A stretch of DNA of 64,000 nt from Bugula neritina (lineage: Eukaryota > Animalia > Bryozoa): positions 7,035,751-7,099,750 of the forward strand of contig OZ037773.1 in assembly GCA_964035545.1 (NCBI GenBank), in the 5' to 3' direction. The notes below the pieces were generated by a model. It made no database searches, had not been told where the DNA came from, and saw nothing but the letters and a program-made list of their open reading frames with translations. Of the stretch, positions 25,884 through 37,800 are shown piece after piece. Numbering within the stretch: the first letter of the stretch is position 1; each line of letters starts with the position of its first letter. The position numbers and the translations under genes are program-made.

Positions 25884-28800
25884 ATGACGGCCCAAGAACA
25901 TAAAATCGACGATGACAGGTGGCGGATTTTCTGCGATTCTTTGCAAAAGGTTTGGATGTTTTACTATTGATATGTTGTATGTCACTAGAGTGTAATTTAT
26001 AGCTACCTTTTTAATTAGCCAACACACATGTATAGAAAAGATAACTGCGGTATTTGAAAGAGCCTTTTCTGTACTGCTATGTGCCACGTTTTACTGCAAA
26101 ATCTTCTAGATTAATAATTTTTCAGTCATTGACATTGTGTAAATCGACTACACACGGGAAATCTATAGACCTTTAGAAAATGTCTTAAAAGGGTAGAAAA
26201 TCTTCAAGTTTTGCTTGTTTAATTCACCAAATCTTCTTAGTTTGCCAATTCAGCTGCTCTTATTCCGACTATGGTAGCTTCCCTTACCAGTATTTCTGTT
26301 TCCTAGTTTGTTGTCAGTTGTTTGGTGCAAGCCTAGCAACTGTAACACCAGAGTTACAAACTCCTATACTTTCACAATTGGATGCTACGCTCAAAATTGC
26401 ATTATTAGTTTTCCAGGAAATGCGTCCAGGGTCTAGTGAAGCTAAATCCCAAAGGGAAAACTTTACAATTAGATAGATGATTCCTGAAATAAGCACATAT
26501 ATACATACTCTAGCTCGTATTATTATCGTGCCAAATGAACGCTGACCAAGCTAAAAATACTCCTGATACTATTGAACATTATAGGAAGTAGTCGCTTGTC
26601 TAGGGTCATATCAAATTGTTGAACTTATGGTACCAGAGCTGAATATTGAAACTTTTTTTCAAATTTATTCTCTCTGGGTGTTTTCCTTCATTTCAATTGC
26701 AGAATTTGGTAGCCAAGCATTTCAAAAGCCTATTTTTGCTAAACTCAGTTTTTCAGAATTCTACTTCCATAAAAATGCTAGGAATAATCTCCAAATGTAT
26801 TTTGAAGTTTGCTGAAATGTCACATGGCTACACTACCACTTGTCGGGTCTGTACATAAAGCAGTACTACTCTGCAAGTGTTAGTCTGTAGCAGTGTTTGT
26901 GAAATAAATGTAAATGGACACAATTCTCCAGCAGAGAAAATAGTTATTTATAGTCTAGTGGAATCTACCTCTGCTACTGGTCACGTACATAATACAGGAA
27001 AACTGCTGATCTACTTTGGAGCTTTGGGTTGACTTTTGAATCTAAAAACTTGGCGATGTTATGCTAGAAGTGACAGTAGCCTAGTTATTACGTTACTACT
27101 TGTATTACCCAATAGAAAGACATTTCTTGCTAGAGCCTACCAGCCAAATTTGCTTTATAAAATACTATCTAGTACATTTGTAGCCTGCGTAGGTACACTT
27201 GAGCAATTCGGTTACCATCATCTTATTGTCTCTGTTTATTATCAACTTTGAATCAGAAATAGTGTAATTCTTGAACATTGTTGATTGTTTACGATTTCAG
27301 CTGATGTCACACATATTCATAATAGTGACGTAACTGTATTGAGCAAAACTTGCAAAATATGAACAGTTAATGGTCCCCGGTGTGCGAAGGAAATGTGGAA
27401 TATGGCCCAGAATTTGCATTTTATTTAGAAATTTGTTACATTTCTTGTAGCTCTGACCTAATGGCACTCACATTAGCAGCACAAATATGCTTGTTATTTA
27501 TTATTTCCTCTTTTACTGAGGTTTGCTTTGGTTACACTTAGAATTCCCTCCTCTTCAAACTAGTTTGTTTGCAGACTATCTCCTACTACCAACTGACTGC
27601 TGCATTAATACTTAATCTATTGCATTCATTCACAATGAGTCACCTTTAAAGTATGCCAAGTATGCAATTATAGTCCAAAGTAGTTGTTTGGATTATATGC
27701 AGGTAAAGTGAAATGTAGTTGGTTTAATAGACTTTCTCTCTAGTTACAGTTTCATGTTTCATTAAATATACACTCATTGATGAATAGCCCACTCTTTTGC
27801 TAGTGAGTGGATTTTCATGGGCTTTCTTCTTGCTTAACTTCTATATCTTTTATTCCAAAAATATTGTTTGATTACCGACACCATTAGTGTTTCAGTTTTG
27901 CAAGAACTGGATAATTCAATGCAATGCTGTTATTAATAGATCACGTGTGTTGCATAAATGTTTACCTCAAGTAGATCCTCTCTGAGGTTTGTTTATGTGT
28001 TAACAAATCTCGATTTTATTCAACTTTTGAATGACAACACTGAATAGTAGAAAAGTAGCATAAAATGACTTGCAATTTATTTTATTGGAGAGATTTTACT
28101 GTGCTGCTCAATAATACTCAGTTTTTTTACTCAGTTTTAAATACTGAAACATTCTCCTTTGTAATGATACCATGCATTGTTGGTACACTAGAAGAACATG
28201 GCCTACCATTATTGGCTCATCAGCTATTAAAAGCAAATATGTACTCAAAATTTGGTTCAATGAACTCAAGTTACCAGTATTTTTATATTGCAGGTTCAGC
28301 TACAAGTACATCCAAACCTTCAAGTGAAGTTTGAAGCTTTGCAGTATATAGAGAAGCTGATTATCGACCTTCTCCATAGTATGTGCAGCACCAAACCTCA
28401 GACAACCCAAGATGTTATTGATCAGGTGAGATTCCCTTACAGTCCCAGTACTATCAAACTGATTAACTGAGTCACAGTACTATCAAACTAACTAACTGAG
28501 TCACAGTATTATCAAACTGACTAACTGAGTCACAGTACTATCAAACTCACTAACTGAGTCACAGTACTATCAAACTGATTAACTGAATCACAGTAATTTA
28601 GCATTAGGGTTGTATCAGGATTAATTTACTTAGTTGCAGTTATAATAAATCTAACTAACTATCTTGTAGAGCATATTCCAGTTTACTCTAGTTTTACTTA
28701 GTTACACTGTCAGCTCACTTATGTGTATCTTCGGTTAGTGACTTGTGAAACACTCAGTCTTACCATTTTAGCTCTCAGTACAATCACAGCAATTACAATA

Positions 28801-31800
28801 ATTGCATCAAGTGTTGCAGGCTTTATCAACTCCAATTTAGTTCCTCATATTTTGGCTCAGCATTTTCAACCATGGAGTGAATTGTGATTGAATTGATAGA
28901 ATGTGTGGTTGTCTCTTCCTCATTTCTCCTAAACTAACTTGTAGCAAGCAGCCAATCTACTGACCTTGAAAGAAAAGAATGTTCAATGTTTGAATTTTGG
29001 AAAAAAAACCGGATGATTCAAGAGATTTATGTTATAATTTTATGCATTCTTTGTAGCTCATGTCAAGGTTTCATTCACAGTTGCAGTCAGTATATTAATT
29101 AATAATTGCTGGCTGTTGTGAATATTATTAATTACTTAGTTGACAAGTGTTAAGTAAAACACTCATTCGCACAGATACTGTGTGCACAGAGCTGGTGTAG
29201 AGTACAAGCTCAAGTCATGTATAGTGAAAACTCAAGTCATGTATAGTGAAAACTCAAGTTATGTAGACTACAAGCTTCAATCACGTTGACAACTGTGACT
29301 GCTACTCCAGCTGTAACTTGTTTCTTGTAAGTGCCGGCCTGAGTGGAGATCCACACTGGAACTGCATTCTGATGCGAGGATATTATCAGTGGCCATGTTT
29401 GTAGCATTAGGAGTTTTATCCTTACAAAGAGTTCTAGTTTGAAATCTAGCATGTTCATGAAAATGGGGTTTACTGACTGTGGCTCAAAAACAACTCGAAC
29501 TTGTTCTCACCGAGTTATGATGGGCATAGACTTTGGCCATGGAGGCAAAAATGGTGGAGGTATTATATTCGCCACTGTATGTTATTTGGTCACTTTGCCG
29601 TTACCAGTGTGTGCAGTACCTGCTGTGTACTATAACTGCTGGGCTATTATACCGGAGAGCCCTGCAAGTTGTTATCAGGGAATAGACACAGCATCCCTGT
29701 ACCTGAAGCTAGTCATTAATTTGTTAGTTCACATGAAAGATCAATGGGATTGGAATGCTTAGAATTTATAGAAATGCTTGCGACGACCCTGGATGGATGT
29801 CGAAGCTTGGGGGGTTGCGTTACGTTATGTAATACAGTGCCAGACTAGAATGCATAGGGTATGCTTTAATTATAGTTCATACAAGCTAACTCATAGGTAA
29901 CAGTAACTCACGAAGTTATATCCAGTGTTATAGAATGGTCCCCTTTAGGTTCAGTACTACACTCATTCCAGTTTAGATGTCTGATTTATTTACTCTGATG
30001 TTTGTGGACTTTAAGCAAGATTGCTGCATTGCCCAGGTACTGGGGGGTGGGGAGGTGGAGAGGGGGCCCTCAATGTTTTCCCTGTGATTTATGATTAAAG
30101 CTAATCTATACATTCTTCATTTAATGCTGATATTAGCTGGGGGCTAATCACAACCAAAACTGGGACATACATTTTGAGTTGCTCCTTAAAATAGCAAATA
30201 GGTGCCAGTAGATGGCCCAAAAGTACACTGGGCCAAAGGTACATTGACCCAGAAGTACACTGGCCCAGAAGTACACAAGGCCAGTGTACTCCTGGGCCAG
30301 TGTACTCCTGGGCCAGTGTACTTCTGGGCCAGTGTACTTCTGGGCCAGTGTACTTCTGGGCCAGTGTACTTCTGGGCCAGTGCACTTCTGGGCCAGTGTA
30401 CTTCTAAGCCATAAGTACACAGGGCCAGAAGTACACTGGCCCAGGAGTACACTGGCCCAGGAGTACACTGAGCCATTACTCACTCTTGTGAGAAGCAATG
30501 TTTGCTTCTACTCACGTGACGTTCTGCCTTCAGGTGGAAAAGACATTCCCCAGACCCATAGAGAGGTGGGCCATTCAAGATGCCAACTATGCTCTTGGCA
30601 AAAAGAAACACAAAAAAGGAGAGAAAAAGGTTATACTGCCAGTGGACAAAGTGCACCCTTTGCTAAAAGTAAGTCACTCTCCTGGAGGTAACTTATTGCA
30701 TTTACTTGTGGCTCCAAAAGTTACAAGTTTACATTAACTTGCAATTTTTTACATTCTGTGTTATATTTAGGAGTTACTTTATCCCTGAACTACATCCATC
30801 GTTTAATATGTGTCAGAATTGCTTATAAAAATTAGTTTTTTTTTAAAATTTATTTTTAACAATCCTCTAGATAATATTCAATGTAATTATACTAGATATA
30901 ATGTGACTTGTGTAACAGCAGAAAGCCAGTAGGCATATATCTGGCGCATTTCATGGAATTTTGTTGTGGCCTGCAATAAGAATATGATTATAGAACTGCT
31001 GGACTGTCATAGTGGAGTGTGTGCATGCGGGCCTGCATGATGGTCATCTAGCATATGCGTGGAATAGGCCGGGTGTAAATAAGGGTGTAATTCACTACCA
31101 GCATGTATGCTACCTTCAAATCTGCCCACAACATGGTTTGCCCATCAACAATTTAGTTCTTTCCCAGAATTTCATTCTAATAACAAAACTTTGATGTCAT
31201 ACAATTTCAGGAATATTGCAGATGCTATAAGTTGGTGAACTAATATACAATAGCATAATATCATTATAGTAAATAGCATAACTTAGTTTAGTGGTAGCGA
31301 TGATATATGTAATATAATGTAGTGTACTATAACATAATATAATCTAATATGATATAATATAATGTATTCCAGTACAATCCAATAAAACCTAATTTCATAT
31401 AGTATACTATAACCTATAACTATGATATAATATAACCCATCAGAAGCATGTACTGCTGTCAAGGAGTTTTCCTCTCTTTGATAATGAATAGTTAGGCAGG
31501 TGTTTGGAAAGCTGCTATCAGGCTAAGATATCTACTAAATCAGACTATGATGTCTACTGTATCAGACTATGATGTCTACTGTATTAGACTATGATGTCTA
31601 CTGTATCAGACTATGATCTCTACTAAATTAGACTATGATGCCTACTATATCAGACTATGATGTCTACTATATCAGACTATGTGGGTTACAGGAGCTGCTG
31701 GGATACCGCCTGGACCAGCAAGTGACCCTGTGTATAGTAGCTGTGCTAGAGTACGTTGCTGCCGACATTCTCAAACTAGTGGGTAACTACGTCAAACGTA

Positions 31801-34800
31801 TACACGCTGACGAGATCACAGAAGAAGACGTGAGGGTCTCTATGTGCGCTGACAAGGTAACCTCTCTTGTTTACGTTTGCTGACTTGTGTGGTATTTGAC
31901 CAAGTGAATTGTAAGTTGTTTGTAGATGAGTGGCTGTGGGTCTTACCTTGACCTTTGGTGACTGATGCTAGCATTTGTTGAAATCTGAAATAGTGGTGAA
32001 ACTTTTTAGAGTAGATCGTTTACAGAAGTAGAGATATCAATGCAGCGTATCAATCTAAATATTGACCTCAACTGCTACCAGGAAGTGCTACTGAATCTTC
32101 CTAGACTTTACCTGACTGTTATGTTTTTAGATAAACACTTTTGTGAGTTTAAAGTTTAATTAGATTATGAAAGACCTACAAAGTTATGTCAGGTTTTGCG
32201 TTCCTACTGACTATCCATGTTTACATGTAATACCGTACAATATTACACTTGTAATACTATACAATATTATACATGTAATACTATACAATATTATACATGT
32301 AATACTATACAATATTATACATGTAATACCGTACAATATTACACTTGTAATACTATACAATATTATACATGTAATACTATACAATATTATACATGTAATA
32401 CTATACAATATTACATATGTAACTAAGGGTCCCTGCTGCCAAAATGAGGAAATAAGGAAGTCCCAAACTGAGTTATTTTTTGCGTCATTTGTCTGGCAGC
32501 TACCATTTTTGTTTCCTTATAGCACCTAGCATTGAGTTTACAGAGCGGGTGAATCACTCGAAATTATAGTGAGCTAATTTGCTTCCATTTTGTGAACATA
32601 CGTGTTATTAGGAGTTAGTATGGGTTTGGTATGAATATTTTATGGTAAAAAAGGAATCTGCCGAGACTAATATTTTCACTAATAGTATGCTAATTTGTTT
32701 GAATTGTGATTCAACTCTCTAGCTATAATTTGTCCACGATTGCATACAGCCTTTACACTGACACACCATGTCTTATTGGCTTGTTTTGTTGTATCCCACT
32801 TCTGACACCATGTCTTAATGGTTTGATTTGTTGTGATTTATTTGTATAGTCGTAATTTGTAATAATTTGTAGGCGTTTAGAAAGATGTAGAACATTTAAT
32901 GGTTTATTAGGTTGACTGAATTATCACATAAAACACAGTATTTATATAGATACAATAAGTGGGAGGAGCTTACAACATAAGCAACTGTCATATTATGCCA
33001 TTCTCTCACTCACTCTTTGCAGGTGTTGAATAACATGTTTTTCTCGAATGATTCCGATGGGGGTTCTGATGCATCTGGGGCCTCAGTAGGGCGGAGAGAC
33101 GAACGCCCCATAATGTCTGCCAAGTTAGCTCAAGAACTGACTCAAAACTATGAAGATCTAGTCAAGGTATGTTGAAGTTGCACCAATCACACCTGGCCAT
33201 TTTAATTTTATCTGTCTGACTAAAAAACATGTTGCGTGTATTCAAATTTTAAAAAATTCATCAATTTGTATTTATGACACTTGGTTAAAGTTCTTGTACC
33301 TTGATAAGCTCTTGGACAGTTATCATGTCTCATAATATTTCTGTGTACAGCATCCACTTATAGTAAAGTATGTTGGGGTGTATTAGAGGTTCAGACTCTT
33401 TCGTTGTTATATTTTTCTCATGCATGTAAATTTCCTTGTCTGTCAATTTCACTGTTAGAGTTTCACTGTTATAATTTCACTGTTAGAATTTTACTGTTAG
33501 AGTTTCACTGTTAGCGTTTTACGGTTAAGTTTCGTTTATACCTCTACTGAAAAAAAGTTCCGAGTTTCAGTTAATAACATTTGCCCGAGTACCCCTTTAT
33601 AATCAAACTGAAAATCGTTGAAATCATATTGAGGCAGAAGCTTACTTTCTAAAATTGAAATCTGACTCGCCTAATCGCTATTTGATGCCCTTTGTAAACG
33701 TCGTGAATTAGTAAAGTTGACAGCATAAAAGTGATAATTGAGAAGGCGTAGGCGGTATAATTGTTAACATATAAGTACGTCGTCTAATCGCCAAAGTCAT
33801 AACTAAATAACAATATTTACAAGGAGTTATTACTCTTTTTGAGTATTATTCTGAAATCGGCCTATTAAGTTATTACAATACAAAAAATTTCTACGAGTAG
33901 CTTTTACAATGCAATGCAACCCAAAGAAATTTCAACTCGGCCAAATTGAATTTCTGACTGAAAATCGTGAAGGTATAGAGGCAACTTTAGAGTTTCACTG
34001 TTAGAATTTCTTCGCAGTGTGCAGTGTTTAACTCGCTCCTCTGATGGTTGTGTTGCAGGATCTCATACTGAGTGAGCAGCAGAATATTAGAGAGCTGGAA
34101 CTTATTATTAAAGTGTTTAGACCTCCTTTCATAGATCTCTTCCCCAATAGCAAGGTTAGTAGGCCATGTCACTATGCCAGATCTATTCTACTTCTTGTAA
34201 CAGTTCTACATGTCTGTTGCCAGTGAGCACAACTTTCCTACAGTCTAACCACACTGTGTATGTCACTGGAGAAAGTGCTCGTGTTACAGACAGTATTTTA
34301 TATAGCGAGTAGTCTGGTAAAGCAAGATATGAACCTCTTCTGTGGTAGACTGAATTCCTTAATATGCACTAGATTTTAGAGTTTTTAGACTGAAATCAGA
34401 AAAATTATTATGTTCGTATTTTGTTTATAAAGTAGACTATTTGCCTTGCACGTGATGATAAAGTTGAGCGGGAAGATATCAGCAGAGTGTGTGTTTGCTG
34501 TAGGATATTGACGTGATATTCAGTAACATCCTGGACGTACACTCCTTCAGCATTCTATTCCTCAGCATGTTGGAAGACACGGTGGAGATGACAGAAAAAG
34601 AACAGATACCTCTTATTGGAGGCTGTTTCGAAGAGTTGTTTGAGGTGAGTCGGTGTGCGATATATTCCCTTACAGGGGTGAACAACTCCAGTGTGCTAAA
34701 TATTACTTGTTTCAAGAGTTTTACACCCTTTGCCTTATATAACCATATGTTCTTTCTACTCATGGTTATTCCAACTGGAATACATGATAATAGTTCTTTA

Positions 34801-37800
34801 AAGAATCCAGGCTTATAAATGTTGCTTCGTGGTTTTCTTCTAACTATTAAGTTTTATTGCAATCTCCATCAGCTAGAACGATTTATTTATAAGAAACCGA
34901 GATGCTGACACTTGTATTGGTGGGGTTGTAGACTGTGCTGCTAATTGCTTATAAGGATGGAGTTGTAGACTCTGTGCTGTTTATAGGGGGCGGAGTTTGA
35001 CGTGTATGAGAAGTACATGAGTGATGTCATGAACAAGAGGCTTCAGGATAGACTATATGCGCTGCTCAAGCGTGACGATCTCACGGTCAAACTCAACGGC
35101 TACGATCAGAGTTTCAAAGACGTCGTGAAATACCTGCTGCCGCGGCTGCTGGAGGGCCCCATACACCATCTCAAGTTCATCTTCAACGTCATAGAGGTTG
35201 GTCAGATGCTTTCAGCATACTTGACCTGTTTATGTACACCACAGCTAGTAATTATCGCACTTCTTATATTATATGTCACTATGTATATTCTTTTGATGTG
35301 GCTAAGTTGACGCTCGGCGTTACATGTGGCTCCTTTACTTGTAGAAACTATCTGAGTCGGATCAGTCCACTACCGACGATCAAGGGAGTTTTAACGAGGC
35401 CCTTAGTCTTCTGATTCCTCTCAAGAATAACCTTGAAAAACGACTTGCTCAACTCACAAACACCAGTTCCTCGGGAACTGTCATTAGACGGCATAATTAG
35501 TAAGTATGCGGTGCTGTGACAAGACTTGTATTGCTGGTAGCTGCAGTGTGGGTGGCAGTCGTAACAGTATTACTGTAGTGATAGTAATAGTACTAGCAGC
35601 AGTAAAATTATAGTAATAGTAGTAACAGTAGTGGCAACAGTAATACTCGTAGTAATAGTAATAGTAGTCGTAGTAGCTACAGTAATAATAGTGGTAATGG
35701 TACTAGTAGTGGTAGCGGTACTAGTGGTAGTAAAATGCTAGTAATAGTAGTACTAATGGTAGTTAGTTACTGATGGTGGTAGTACTAGTGTTAGTAAAGT
35801 ACTACTTCTAGTAAAGTACTAGTGGTAGTAGCACTAGTAGTCGGGTACTAGTCATAGTGGTACTAGTGGTAATAAGGTACAATTCTACTTGCAGTGGCTC
35901 TATGCACCAGACTGACAGAGTAACCACCTCGGCTCTCATGAACGACATCCAGCGGTCCATTGAGAACTGGGAGGAGAAAGACATCAATAAGCAGTGCTAT
36001 GACTTCCTGTTAGGCAAGTGTCAACCTTGACCTTCTCCTTCCGCACATACCGTGTATATTTTTCACTGACACCAGTTCTCGGAGTAAATCATTAGATCTG
36101 CAGTTGCATCCGTTTTAAGTTTGCAAATGGGATTCAATCTTAACTTCAGCTGATTTTTTTAACTTATTTTGCCGGTGCGTTTCTATTATAATTCAGATTA
36201 TTTTATTTATTTTCATATAAAACTAGTAACATATCGTATAGTTGATATATAATAGATTCAGGGCTAATCCCGGGGTGTGACAGATATGTGTTGGGGCAAA
36301 GTGTAAGTGGGAATTTTGTATTTTGTGCGATCTAGTAAAGTTAATTTCATGTAAGATTGTAATAAATATATTAAGTATTTGCTCATAATTGCAGAGGGAG
36401 GTATTTTAATATATGAAAAAGCCAAGAAAGACCGAGAGAGATATGCATTCCTATTTGACAATATGTTGATCATGTGTAAACCGACGGGTCAGCGGAGAAA
36501 TACTCCGTCAGCACATGACTACAGGTTCAAGGAGAAGCTTCTCATCAAACACATAGATGTTACGGACATTGAGGATACTGAAGGTGGGTGCTCTGAGTCA
36601 TACTTGTGTTGGTTATTAAGTCATACTTGTGTTGGTTATTAAGGGATACATGTGTTGGTTATTAAGTCATACTTGCGTTGGTTATTAAGTCATACTTGTG
36701 TTGGTTGTTAAGTCATACTTGTGTTGGTTATTAAGTCATAGTTGTGTTGGTTATTAAGGCTGGTTAGTTATTAAGCTGGTTAGTAAGCCATATACAGGAT
36801 ACTGAAGGTGGGGTTTGAGTTATAATACTTATGCAAGTGGTCTGAGTCCTATTTATGTGTATGAGTTTTGGCAGTTATTTTTAAAATTAAAATGGGTGTT
36901 TAATTACAGATTTAAAAAATGGGTTTGAGATACAGGAGAGAAATGCTCAGACGTTGGTGCTACGAGTGAGGACAAGCAGCGAGAAGGGGGCGTGGATGTC
37001 TGCCCTGCTTTCTCTCCTCTTCAGGTGAGTATCTCTCTTATGCTATATTATATACAGCTACACGTACTGTAGGTATATAATATACAGCTACACGTACTGT
37101 AGGTATATAATATACAGCTACACGGACTGTAGGTATATAATATACAACTACATGCTATAATTTTATAGTATTGTACTATAGTGTAATGATGTTGTGTTGT
37201 ATTGGGTTTTTCGCTGCACAACTTCGTAATTAGCTCCAGTAGCTGTTATTATTAGATATGTGGATTTTTTGTTGGTAAGTTGTATGTCAAATGTAATTGA
37301 AAGTCACTCAGTTTCTATATAGGTCAAGTTAGGCATATGTAGGTCAAGTTAGGCATTGTTGAATCTTTCAGGTCAAACCTGGACCGTATGCTGGACTCAA
37401 AGCAGAAGGAAGAGGAAAGTGCACACGCCCTCATACTACCCCCAGTGGAGGACTACCCCTTCTCAGCTGAGGACAGCGAGGAGAACATTGTGCTGGAAGA
37501 GTCCCACACACCAGGGGAACCTCCCCTCATTCAGGTGTGGATTTATCCTCTGTCTTTGTCTATTGGCTTACCACAATCAAGTTAATAAGTCAGGTCTGTT
37601 GTGGAGAATTTTGATAACCAGTTGAGGTCATCCAGAGGTCAACTAAACTACGCAGAGTATATCAGCTTAAACTTAATCTCCTTTTTACTGTCAAGGTTAT
37701 TCTGTCTTTTATTTTGTTTCTATTCTGTGTGTGCTGATTGATGACTTGTGGGTTCACCAGGGTGCTACGCTACACAAGTTGATAGAAAGGCTGACGTACC

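Noticed and set aside
30101-30498. Overlapping repetitive ORFs on both strands
   Set aside because: Artefacts of the 16 bp satellite; the same applies to ORFs at 32167-32529, 41318-42010, 48933-49326 and 49622-50091
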